This document shows, piece after piece, positions 25,000 through 37,700 of a stretch of 64,000 nt of DNA. How positions within the stretch are numbered: the stretch's first letter is position 1; each line of letters opens with the position of its first letter. The stretch lies in the NCBI RefSeq assembly GCF_036321535.1, contig NC_087437.1:82462001-82526000 (forward strand), written 5' to 3'. The stretch is from Camelus dromedarius (Eukaryota). The notes under the pieces are model-generated. The model saw only the letters and a program-made list of their open reading frames with translations. It did no database searches and had not been told where the DNA came from. Made by a program: the position numbers and the translations under genes.

Positions 25000-25655
25000 G
25001 GAGGCATTACTTGTTTAAAAACCTGGCTTGAGCAATTACTTACTGGATAATAGGAGCATATTTAACCTCTCAAAGCCAGTTTTCTTATCTGTTAAATGAA
25101 GGTACTACTGCTTACGTGATTTAGGTTAAATTCTGAAGTCCCAAATGTACTTTAAGAAGACCATCATAATATGGCCACTGCATACAACCTCCTCTCATTG
25201 CTCACCAGCTCAAGGAAACCAGGACTCATTCCAATTCCTTGAATATGATCTAATCTTTCATTTGACTCTAATCTTCCTAAAGGTTGTTCCCAATATCTAT
25301 AAATCACTCCTCTTTTCTCTCTTCTCCTGCATAACTCCCATTCATCCTTCAGGTCTCAGCTTAAACATAATTTTCCTCTGTCTTCATGTTCCTTAGCCTG
25401 ATTCTCCTTCTGTTGTCTCATAATGCCCTGTTCTTTAACATTCAAAATGTTTTCTTATGATTATCTGCTTCTTTTCTTTTTGGGTTCTGTCTTCCTCATT
25501 GGTTAGGGACTAAGTCTTGTCATTATAGCCTCAGTATTTAGCAGAGTACCTGTCATATATTAAGCACTCAATAGGTATTTGTTAAATGTATAAACAGAAG
25601 AGCAAATGATGCAGTGCCTAAAGTGAAGTAAGCGCCCAACAAACGGTATCATTAC
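25000..25655 (+). mobile_element. MIR and L2 fragments
   Basis: MIR core 'tttaacctctcaaagccagttttcttatctgttaaatg'. L2 'cattcatccttcaggtctcagcttaaaca...agcactcaataggtatttgttaaatg'. Confidence 0.75.
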
Positions 25656-27446
25656 TGGATCCTCTCAGCTTCATAATTGGCACGATTATATTAGCCATTA
25701 AGATGACTGTGAAAAAAAAGAATGCTAGATTTCTCTTAATCTCAATACATCCTCTTGTAGACTTTCAATTCTACAAAGTAAAATAAAAAGCTCTGTATTT
25801 TTTTGTTTAACACAGATAATAACCCACATATCATGTAGGGAGACAGCAGCCCTTTTGCTAAAATTTATTCCATATGTCATATCAACAGAAAATCACACAC
25901 CAATATTTTCTAATAGATTTAAAAGAAAACCTAGCAGTTACTTCTAAACACCGTGTAATCGACAATGTGGAGAGAAAAGCACTGGCTTGTCATATTTAAA
26001 ATCCCAGGAGTCAATCAGATTTGTTACTACCATATAATTTTTCCTTCACAATCTTTCCTGTCTACAGAGCCCACCCATAGGAAAGAAAAGATTCCTCTTT
26101 TGTAACAGTGTTCAAAATGACCATAGAAAATTCTGCTGTTTTCCACAAGCCAGAACTAAGGTAGCTAAGTCACATTTATCAAACTACTGGGTAAGTTGCC
26201 AGGAGTCAAAATACTTTCCAACTACTTAGCTCAAGGGGAAAGTTCAAGAGCCCACCAAATCCTCTCGAGATTTAGGAAAAATAACAGATGAGGACAATTC
26301 CTGTCAAAGTTACTTTTGTTCCAGCCCATCATTCTCACTGCCGAATTAAGAAAGAGATTGAGTAGCTCCTCAGAAATCTAGCGTGAAGAACATTATTTCT
26401 CTCAGGACCATTAATCTTTGAATAATTTTCTGGCCAAAAAGATGGATCTGGACATGCCAGACAAATTCTAAATTAGGTGATAAGGACTCAAGAACTACAG
26501 ATCCGATGTAACCAGGCTCTGAGGTCCAGATGATTCAAAGGTCCACTTCAGTGAGAGTACTTAATTCTCAGACTCACAAGTATCCTCGGTAATTACTGTT
26601 TGCCTTCTGTCTTCCCCACTGTCCTGTGAGTCCTGAAGTCATAGACTGTCTGTGTCTTCTTTGCCCTCCTTGCCTTGTAGTCTTGTCAGGTCTGTGCCCT
26701 GAGGTGAAACTCTGGTGTCCTCATTTTGTCCTTGGCAGGCTGACCGTGGGCCCAAGGCACTTGTGCTCATCTCACTCATGTGAAAAATATTTTTGTAGTC
26801 CACAGTAGTTACGAAAGAAAGCTTCAAGCCTTCCCATTAAATGAAAGAACTGATTATCCTTCCAAATGGAGGGCATGCAGCATCCTCTCCTTTCGTGGAC
26901 ACACAAAGCACATCTCTGTACTGTTTTCAGTCTCTCAGAGTGAAGGGATCAAGCCAGGGTTTCATTTATGAAATGACCCTCTTTGGACCATCTCTCTCTT
27001 TATTAGATTTTGAACTTAATAGAGGTGAATGTTATTTTAAAATAACATGTTCTTCTGAGAGTACCAAGTGCTGGAGGCTGTGTGGGATTAAAGTAGGAAC
27101 CTTTCTGTACAAGTAGATTGCCTGTAGGCCATGCTAGTGAGCAGAACTCAGTTATAAAGTATAGCTTTAATGTGTGGCCCAGGAATTCCACATCTAGATG
27201 TATGCCCCAGAAAAAGCCTCACGCAAGTCTATAGAGGAATGGTGTTGTTTGTGGCATTGAGGTATTGCAGCCAAATTTGGCGTCTGCCACTAGAGGTTGT
27301 GATTTAGTGCGTGTTATGGAGTATATGCGGCAAATGAAGAAATACTTGAAGTATATATGAGTAAAGTTTTTAAAATTAATATTGTATATTGAGTGAAAGA
27401 AAATTGGAAATATAAGATATTCACCACACCATGCATACGCACATGG

Positions 27447-27467
27447 ACACACACACACACACACACG
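27447..27467. repeat. (CA)n microsatellite
   Basis: About 10 CA units. A second (CA)n lies at about 27698-27718. Confidence 0.95.
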
Positions 27468-27889
27468 CCAGTCAAAATAACTATTCTAAGAATGCAAGTG
27501 GAATTAACCAAGAATATATCTGGATGGGAGTCCCTGGAAGGGCATGAGTGATAGAAGTGGAAATTACAATAAATGGTCATTTTAAAAATGAGGAATGAGA
27601 TGGGTCTTGCAGGGACCAGTGGGGACAATATACTATGAAAGAATAGAATGCACTCAACTTGAATTCCTCTCTCCACCTAGACAATACATATATAAATACA
27701 CACACACACACACACACAACATATATATGTGCATACAGGCAGAAATTCTGATAATCTCTCAAGGCTCTCAGACACCTGAAGACAGTTGCAAGAGTCAGAA
27801 ACCTTTGTGGAAACTACAGGCTTCTAATGGAGGTTTGGGGAGAAAGCAGCCCAGGGAAAGTTCACAAATAAAAGTTGCCTAAAAGCTGT

Positions 27890-28070
27890 TTTCTAATCTT
27901 GGCACAGTTGCTTTCTCTCTCTATTAATAAACTCCCTAGGTCTCATTTTCTCATCTACAAAAATAAGCATATTAATAACTGTTGGCATGGGTAGGTACTA
28001 ATGAGATAACATATTTATAAAGAGCTTAACATAAGGTTTGGCACATGGTGAGCATTCAAATAACACAAAT
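27890..28070 (+). mobile_element. MIR SINE
   Basis: 'tctcattttctcatctacaaaaataag...aatgagataacat...tggcacatggtgagcattcaaata'. Confidence 0.8.
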
Positions 28071-28926
28071 TTTATTTTTCTTCTCTTCCCATCCTTTTTT
28101 TTTCTTTTCCCCCTGCTTAAAATGAAAAGCTGACCTATTTACTCAAATTGGTTTAAAAATGTCCAACTTTCAAACCCTCCAATATTGCACACACTGTGCT
28201 TCATATATGTTATTTCATAAGCGAGGTATAGTACCCTAAGGATCCTGCAATTTAGTGCAATTATTGTCTTTTTCTAGATGGGAAGACTAAGACTCAGAAA
28301 GCCTAAGATACTCAGCCAAAGTTCATTCAGGTATTATTTAGAGGATTTCAGCCATATTGTCTTAATCCTCAGAGACCAAAAAAAAAGTTTGAGCATGTAA
28401 TTCTTTTGGGGTAATTTTCACACTTCAGCTAATCTATGTATAACTGAAAGAGTCCCATTAATGGATACAGTGCATCATTGAGTTTTTTCCTTATTTTTGT
28501 GTGAGCCACAAATTGAAAAAGGCATGGATGAGAAGAGACAAAAGAAAGGAAAGAAATGAACACACCTTTGCGTAATTATGTATAATGTTGACTTAATTGT
28601 GAGAAATTTATAAATCAGGTGTAAATATATTCCTACTCCTTTTTATAGGTTTAGACTGTACTATCTCTGAGAATAATCATTTGGGGGAACCATGCTAACA
28701 TGGCTCAACAGTTGCTCACTGGCCAATGAAAGGGGGAAACAGGTTCATCTGAAACCCATGCTGATGGACAGAACCTAAAGAGAACTGTGCTTGAAGGACA
28801 CACCCTACCTAAGCTAGGTTGTGAAACCTTGAGTAACAAATCTCTCTTCCTTCAGATCCTTTTGTGGAACCTGACATGTGACAGTCATTCATGTCTAGCA
28901 GAATTTCCCAGATGATACTTTAGAGT

Positions 28927-29091
28927 TGTAGTTCTCATTCCTAGCTGCACATTGGAATCGCCCGGGAGCTTTAAAAAATGCTAATATTTGGGTTCCACCT
29001 TGTAGAGATTCTCATTCAGTGGTCTGAATATCAGTATTTTAGGAGCTTCCCAGATAATCCCAACGTGCTGCCCAACCTGAGGACCACTGCC
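28927..29091. mobile_element. MER5A-like hAT MITE
   Basis: 'gtagttctca...gctgcacattggaatcgcccgggagctttaaaaa...agagattctcatt...tgaggaccactg'. Confidence 0.85.
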
Positions 29092-29539
29092 CTAAGCCTG
29101 CTGTGCTTGTACAGCCTTGTCTGACAGCACTGTGGGAAGAACGGGTCCGGACACTACTGCATCTTGTTCAGCATAACTCTTCACAGGTAAGAAGCAGCAT
29201 CCTATCCATAGAGGGTGTCTAACAGTTCTGGCGAGTGACCTGCACCAGGGAAAGGGAAAATAGTCCTAGGCCAGAGGGAGAAGCAGTTTTGAGAAGCACA
29301 CAGGCTGAGCAGCAGTATTCAAGTAGAGATCAGTCAGAAGCCATTTTCAAATAAGCAATTCTAAAATTTCTGCTCTTTTCGGCACGTATCAGAAGGAAGC
29401 TGAAGTTATAGTGGCAAAATCAGAATTCAGTCTCAAAACCTGGGCTCATTCCACTGGACCACAGTCTTTTTCCATGACTCATACCCCAAATCTCAAATAT
29501 ATATGTTTCAAGCCCAGTGGCCAAGCAGATATACTCATT

Positions 29540-29890
29540 TCCTTGTACCTGCTGAGCTTTTTACTGCCTCTGAGCTCATTTCGTGCTCTCTCACTTAATG
29601 CCTCCCACCTCCATTCCATTTATTAAGGTCTCAGTCAACTTCAACCTCCCTCTGAGGTTTTCCCCAAATACCCTAGTCCACATTGCTCACTTCTGTTTCT
29701 GATAATCATACTTTACTTCTAACTGGCAGTGGGTAGACAATTGTTACTTAAGTTGCATAAGTTCTATTTCTACAATTAGATTTTAAGTTTCATGCAAATA
29801 GACATTGTGTTTTATTTCTCTTGTGGTTCTTATATTCCTTGGCAGAGTGCCAAGCATATAGTGGGTACTCTTGAAATACATGATCAAGTG
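29540..29890 (+). mobile_element. L2 fragment
   Basis: 'attagattttaagtttcatg...gcagagtgccaagcatatagtgggtactc' matches the L2 3' end. Confidence 0.7.
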
Positions 29891-32694
29891 ATGGATTACA
29901 GATAGTAATAATCTCCCATCTTTTCAAGGAAGAAATATAAAAAACAAGACAGATTTCCTGGAGGGAATATGATAAAGAATTATCATGTTAAACTTGATGA
30001 ATTGAAGCTTTTTCATGAGAGTGACATCCTTTCAGTGCACCTGTGTTCAACAAATATATGCAATGATATCATAGGCACAAGACACCCACCCCCAACTTAA
30101 CATTTAGACACGACGTCATTGTTTCCTATGATTCAGTTAGATTATTTGACCATTCAACTATCTACGACTCTTTGTTCCAGAGTTTTCCTTTTTTTGTTGT
30201 TTAATCATCTCCTTCATCTTTCCCCTTGTTTGAAATCTGAGGCTTCGATATATTTTCTTCTTTACTGAAAATTCTAACTCTAAATGTCCCACTGCAAATC
30301 TGGAGTTTGAAAGAGAGCTTCTGGGGCAATGAGATAATGTTTCCCTCTTTTCCAAGAGCCAAGTTTCTTCCCCCCTATTTTCCCAAATGCCACAGCCAAT
30401 TATGACCTGAATACCTCAATGAATTCCAAGGAAAAATGCCGCTTTGCTTGGCTGACCTCATTGTTGGGATTGTCTTGTAAAAGTGCTACTTGAACATTTG
30501 TTTTTCTCCTTTTAAGAAAATTCTAGCATCAGATCATTTAAAATAATTTGTTACTACTCCAGTTTTTTTAGTAATTTCAGAGTTTTTTGTTTGTTTGTTT
30601 GTTTATATAATATTACCCTTGCTAGATATCACCAGTCCTTTTCTTTTTATTTAAGAGAACTGAGAAAAGTTATTTCATTAAGACAGTGAAGGGTGTTGTG
30701 GATTCAAGACTCACACCCATTCTGTGATAGATCAGTGAGGGTTGGCCACGGTTCACCTATGTGGAGATTTTGATTACAGGACATTGGTCATCAATTCTAG
30801 TGTGCATCCAAATAACCTATGAATCTCTTTCAAAAATCATAACCTGGAGATGGACTTAAGAGAACCCTGCACACCATCAGGTAACAATTTTGCCTTTTTA
30901 AGAAAACAGATGCATTCAGTAAACTGTGACCATTGTTCTTAACTCACCCAGTTGTCTGTTTGCCTTTTACTGAAAATAAGCTACATGTTATAGTGAGGGA
31001 GAACATGTACTGTTTGCAGATTTCCCATTCAAACTCCACCTCTGTTTAGATATGAGTGCTCGTTGTTCTGGGGTGCTGTTAGATAATAAAGAAAAACAAG
31101 GCCCTGAGAGGAAGGAAAGAGGTAAGAAGGTTATGGTACAATATTCTCATGAACCTTCAATTTCTGGCTATACATAGAAACATACAGACTTCTCCACCCA
31201 ACAAGAACAGTTGTTCAATTGCCTATTGTTTTTTCTCCATCAGCAGTTTGATTGTCAGCTATGTGTACAACTCCTCTCTGGGAACATCCTGTTACTAGGA
31301 AAACCAGCTCTGCTTATAGTGCAGGACTGTATTCACTCAAGTCAGGAGGATGGAAAGTTTGGGTATCGTTTGTTTATTATATCTTGTTTAATAGGAAAAA
31401 AGAAGAAAGAGTAAAACCATTTGGTTTCTGCTCTGTAATGTCCTGAAACCTGTGTCTCAGTGGGATTGGATGATTCATTGTGAGACCTAGCCCAAAGAGG
31501 GTCTTACTTAGGTCCTACAACAGCAAGATGAGGTGCCAGGAGAGCTGAAGTTTTTAAAGCTCCATGGGCGACTTGAATCTGTCCCAAAGGCTTAAAACTT
31601 CTGCCTAGAATCACTTGAGGAGCTTGCAGAATGTGAGCTGTCTTGTAGTCTAGTTGAGAGCTGTCTGGAGATGGAGCGCACAGAGAGGACCGCCATTCAC
31701 CATACTGCACCCCTTCATTTCACAATCATTGTTGATGCCCTCCTGTGTGCAGGCGTTCTGTTAAGTGCTGGACATGAAGGAGTGCTGTCAGCATCCACAG
31801 CACCTGCCCTCCAGGCTGGTATCTTTCTCTTGGACGGTATCAACAAAAAAGAGATACAGTTTTCTAGTTACTCCTTGGTTTAAATCTGGACACTGCTGCT
31901 TAGGAACAGGTCTTGACTCTCTGGGGCATTGGTTTCTTCATTGATAAAAAGCAAAGATAATAGGGCCTTCATAGCATCAATATAAATATTAAGTGTGATC
32001 ACTACAGATATGTGTGAACAAATATAAGGTATTATTACTTTTGCCTCCCACTCAGATTCTGTTTTTTTTAACCTCCTTTTTATTTTGTTTATCTTTTCCA
32101 TTTAGTCAGAGACATCTTAACAATTCCAACTCCATTCTTGACTCACCCTGCAGAATACAGGAAAGGAGTTACTATTTGGACCTATTTTTTTAATCTTGCT
32201 AAAGTGGGTATCAGACTCTAGGAATGCTATAAGAATAATTTTAAAAATAAAAACAAGATTTTAGATAGTATGGTGTTTGCCATCACTGTGATTCTCTCAT
32301 GAATCTATCTTTGTGATCCCAGAAATGTATTTTTAGCTATATTACTCATGTCTTTGGAAACTGCCTCCTGGGTGTGGGCTGTGTGTGGTTCAAGGTTAGC
32401 CAGTTTTGCCAGTTCCCCATCTTAGACAAATCACTTACCCCATTTGCATGGTCTCCTTACCTTTGTGCTGTAGAGCCTCCAGAAAGTTGGGGAGGACCTT
32501 GTGATGATATTTTGATATGAATGTTCTTTGTTACAAATCCAAAAAGAATACATATCTGGAGTCAAGAACAACAATGGTGAAAGAGAAGATAAGGAGAGTC
32601 AATTTTGTCATGCTAACCTTCATCTAAGATCCCATTCACTTTATATCTCTTCTATAGCGATCAACACTTTCTAAATTGTATTAAAAGTATGTCT

Positions 32695-33173
32695 TGTATG
32701 AGCTTCCAATTGCTCCTATAATCAGTTACTATAAATTTAGTGACTTAAAACAACAGAGTTTTGGAGGTCAGAAATCTGATGTGGTTCTCACTTGGCTAAG
32801 ATTAAGGTGTGGGCAGGACTATATTCCTTTCAGGAGACTTTAGGGGAGAATTCATTTCTCTACCTCTTCCAGCTTCTAGAGGTCACCCACATTCCTTGGC
32901 TCATGGCTCCTCCTGTCTTCAAAGCCAGCAACATTGTATGTCCCTGCTCATTTACATCTCCCTCTGATTATAGATGGGAAAGGTTCTCTGACTTTAAGGA
33001 AACATGTGATTAGTCTGAACCCACTCAATAATCCAGCATAATCTTGCCTATCACAAGGTCTTCAATCTTTGTCACATCTGCAAAGTCCCTTTTCTCATGT
33101 ACGGTGACATATTCACGGGTTCCAGAGATTAGGGAGTGGACAACTTTGAGTGGCTATTAATATGCCTACCACA
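32695..33173 (-). mobile_element. MaLR solo LTR (MLT1D-like) inserted in L2
   Basis: Termini tgt...aca and 'aaatttagtgacttaaaacaac...ttccagcttctagaggtcacccacattccttggctcatgg...cacatctgcaaagtccc'. The near-TSD is tgtct/tgtat. Confidence 0.9.
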
Positions 33174-34584
33174 TGTATGCATGTCTTTTTTCTTCTCCTA
33201 GATTGTAAACTTCTTGGGGCCCAAAATGTGTATCTGACCTGTTGTACTCTCCACTGAATCAGTCTAAATGTACTGCATACAACAAAGGGTTCAGCCGGCT
33301 TTGGTGAATGATCCAGCAGAACTCAAAAAATTTCAGATTCCTTGGATCACATGGCAAACTCATGGGGTTTCAAAAATTCCTAAAAGAATGACTATTTAGA
33401 TATTTCTAAATCCACTGGAAAATTCATGAACTCTTAAATAATTTTGTTAAGTATAGGATTACAAAAATTATTTTTTATCTTCATTGCTTATCCATGACTA
33501 TAGTTATATGACCATATTACATATTTCAGGATGCTCTTATGGTGTTAACTTTCCAACTGGATTCCTGTCTGTCAGTAGAACTTATTCCTGAGTGTTTTGC
33601 GGTGATAATAAGCACAAGTCAACAATTAGAAATCAGGTGCCACAGGAAAGACTCAGTATTGCCTATCAGATGTCAGCCATAAAAGGGTCAAGGGGAAATT
33701 AAACATTATAGGGCTTGCTTGAGTTCTTGCCCTGGGCAATTAACTTGCCGATAATTTGCAATGTTCACTTCTTGTAGAATTGAATGTGATGTGTTGCTTG
33801 ACTCCCCGAAGGAGTAGCTTTTAAGAAATGTGTCTTACATGGTTTGCATCACACAGAGTTTTGTAAGTTGCGCAAGGCAGCTACAGACTCTGAAATCTAT
33901 AGTTGGCAAGAAAAATAAATATTTCCGTATTGCATTTAGCAATTGCTATGTATTAAGGCAATTTTGTTTAAAAATTATTAAGGGCTTTGTAGCACAAATA
34001 CTCAGCTAAATTACACAGAAAGGATTAGATTTAGGGGGTGGGGTGGACTGGGGGATATTGGATATGCAAGCACAGATGGTCTTGATCGACTCATGAACAC
34101 TCCAGAGCCAAGAGGGAAATGTATGTTTTGTGTGGTTACATATGTTGTAAAGAAAATTACCCTTTTTTTTTCCTGTAAGAAAGTACAAGGAGGAATGAGA
34201 AAGGGAGAGAGCAAGATCATGTGGGGAAAGGTGAAGCCAATACAAGAGCTGCATATGTACCAGATGTCTGGCAAAGGTAGGAGCAGAGAGAGGGTGGGAA
34301 GACAAGGAAGCCAAATTCCTTCCCTGGCATGTCAGTGACCAATGAGAGGAGGGATCTTCTGTGCCAAGGATCAAGGGCACTGAGTTGTGCAGATAGTTGC
34401 CTTGGAATCTAGGTGTAACTCCCCAACTACATCACCTGGTTTGGCAAACATTGTCTTCCCCAGAAGAATAATTTTATACAGAGTTGCTTCTAATCTACCC
34501 AAATCCTTTCTTTTCCATAAGGACCTCAGATACCTGGGAAGGGCATGGACAGCCTGTTATTCTGAGCTCTCTTTTTAGACCTGA

Positions 34585-34745
34585 CCTCACGTAATCCTAA
34601 CAAGTATACTATGAGGTAGGTTTTACAGTGTTGCCCCATTTTATAGATGAGGAAACCTAGGCACAAAGAGGTTAAATAACTGGCCCAGGGTCATACAGCT
34701 AGTTGCAAGCAGACAGGCTGGCTCCAGAATCTCACTTTTAACCCT
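34585..34745 (-). mobile_element. MIR SINE
   Basis: 'ccccattttatagatgaggaaacctaggcacaaagaggttaaataactggcccagggtcatacagctag'. Confidence 0.92.
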
Positions 34746-37700
34746 TCCCTGCCTCCATCAACACTCTGTGGTTTTACCTTCTTCAATCAGTGAGCCCCTT
34801 GAGAATAATAATTGTAGATTTTCACCTTTGTACTTCTCATAGAACCTATCAAAACATCTATCCACAAAATAGATGTTTCATTTTATAGCAAATAAATTAT
34901 TAAAGTTCCGATATCATTTGTCAGAAATGGAAAAAGCCTGACTCTTACATCCCTGTTAACAGAAATGTTATAGAAAGGACAGGAACCAATCTCAGCACCT
35001 CCATAACCACACTGACAGAAAGCTGGGGAGCTGGTCGGAATGCAGCAGTGTCTGTAATGATCTGCAGCTCTAGTGGTGCATGACAGTCCCAGTGATATTC
35101 TGCCATGTTCATCGTTTAGTTTCCCCTCTGCCTTTGTTCTCAACCTATTCCTTGCTGCCTTCAGGCCTCTATCCTTTGGTCATGCCATCTACCTTCTTTT
35201 ATTTTCTCCCAAATTCCTTTCCCTCTACTGACTCCAACTTTGTACATCTCTCGGTCAGATTCCAAGGGACAGATACGATGGGATCAGTCATTGCATCATT
35301 TTGTTGAGTTGACTTCTCCAGCTGGACCCCTTCCTGGACCTTACCCAGGCTGCAGATGGCTGTCTTTGGATTGGGCACACATTCTTTGGCTGGAGAAGCT
35401 ACAGCCAGAGTTGAGGGTGGAGTGGGGATTACAGGATATGAAACATAGCAATCTGTGGGTGGAGAACCACCCTGAAGGGAGCCATGGGCTTAGAAGGGAC
35501 TCTAAGGCCTCTCAGAAGGGAATATTATTTATCTTGTCTAATAGAGTCACACTGTAAATGGGCAAAGCTATAGCCTCAAGAGTTAAAATCTAAGAAAATG
35601 TGGTGTCCCCAGCATGTATAACAAGACAATGCTATAGACTAAGGACAACTTGGCAAACAGAGCTTGGAGTCCTAGACTTTAAAGTTACATTAAGCATGCT
35701 TTAGAAGTGTTGAGAGGAAACTTGGATGATTTATCCTTCTTCAAAATTCATTTTTGGAGTCAGTCAATCAAGCTTCAAAATGAAGTAAAAAATAAAAACC
35801 AATAGCCTGCAACATACCATATGTACAGTTATTCCAATTGCCAAGGGACTACATGGCTTTTTAAAAATCACAATCCTAATGATAAACATGATATTCAGCC
35901 TTGGCACAATATAAATCAAACTCATTTAAAAAATTTAGAAAGTACGGAAATAGTTACAAAGAGCATTCTTTTTTGTCACAATCTTAAATTTGCAATTCCC
36001 TGTTCCCTTTCAGAATGCCATATGGAAAAGAAACAACATTTTAAATGGGTTTATAAAGAACTGCATTTGACATGAATACTAAAAAACTTCACAAAACCAC
36101 TAAATATTTGGCTTACATAGAGTCTACTGGAGGTTTTAAAAAGTCTGAAGACAAATTGTTATGTTAAGAGAAAAAGTCTTCAGACCATAGCTGACCTATC
36201 AACTGACCAGTAACTTTCCCCACCGAGCATTTAAATCACCCAACCTTCAGAACTAGAGACTTCCCTAGTTCAGCAGCCTTCCCTCTGATGGTTTGGAATG
36301 GGTCAGCATATTGCTTTGGTTCCCCTGGCATGAGCATGCACAATGTCTGGTCTGGCCAGCCATCCAAACCGCTTTCCCATACATCAAGGATCCAAAGTAA
36401 TTTCACCAGACACTCTAAAGTGCAATTGCAATTTGCCAATTTCCATCTCATGTATCTTCCTAGAAAACAGAGATCTACACACAGTCCATAATAATTGTGC
36501 TCATGGACTGAGACATAGACAGATCTTGGCTGATGTCTCAGAAACCCAGGAAGGGGTATACTACTAGCGACAATGCTAATGAAGTATCTTTCATATTGGA
36601 CATCGGTGTGCCATTCAAAGGAAATAATAAAGAAAAAGAGGATTTGTATTTGTGATTACACTCTGAACCTTTTTGAAAAAGCTTCTAGATGTAAGAACAT
36701 AGTAAATTCAGAACCAGTAAGTGATAAGGCATTACCGCAATAGGGGTATAATGGACTTTCCTGAAGCCATATGTCCTTGTAGAATTTTCATTTAAAACAT
36801 CTTTGCATTTCAAATTCCAAGTCAGCAGTTTCAGTAAAATTGTGTATGTCAAGAGAAAATTTATCAATGGTAGGTTCATATTCTGATTTCCTTGGACTTT
36901 TGCAGTGGTGGGAATTCTGCTGTTCTCCTTAGAATGCTGGCCAAGGCTAAAACATACTTGTTACAGAATTTCTGATGGTAACCAGGCTAGTCTGGTTTAT
37001 TCGTAACAAGTGTCATGAGAGCTGAAGACATGCCACTTTAACTGAATGGAGAAACATGGGGCATCTTTCTGAATATCAATGGAGAAATCTGGAAAAACTT
37101 AGCTGTTCTTCAATCTGAGGTCACATGTGTGCCTTAGACTTCACTCTACTTTTTATGAAAAGAACTGTTTGTCTTTTGGGCATAGAGAAAACAAGCTTTC
37201 CTACATCCCCTCAGAGCCTCTCTTTTTCAGAGCCCAGTCAATATTTGTTCATCACTCTTATCCTTAGACTTCATGTTGCCTGCCCCGAGTTGAGCTTTCT
37301 TGATATTCATGTGACCATGGATGAAAGTTCTGGCTTGGTGGCTGACCAGAGAACATGAAGGTCGAGGCCACTGTCAGATCTTGCCTCTGTTCAGCTACTG
37401 AAGCACCAGCCTTGCTCCACATGGATTGCTGTCCTCGCAGTCTATGAGGATTATAAGCACCACAGTTTATTGACCTGCTATATATCTGACATTTCTAGCA
37501 CTGTCATGTTTCAGAGCCTCACTGCATTTCATCTGGTTAAGAATGTTCGTGGTATGAGAAGACTCTAAGCTGAAGCTAGCACCTGGTAAGTGACAGCGCT
37601 CCACCAATGTTTGTGGAGAATTACATGAAGTGTATGTGATAGCTATTAATTTTGTAAGCTCAGAAGGAAATGGAACTTATTTCTTAGTGAGTGACATTCT

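Noticed and set aside
30656..30880. Possible exon ending CAG|gtaaca
   Set aside because: The donor is moderate, the phase-0 frame has early stops, and there is no other support.
37515..37585. Possible 71-nt exon (tttcag| ... CTG|gtaagt)
   Set aside because: The pyrimidine tract is weak and the length is not a multiple of 3. Such pairs are expected by chance in 64 kb.
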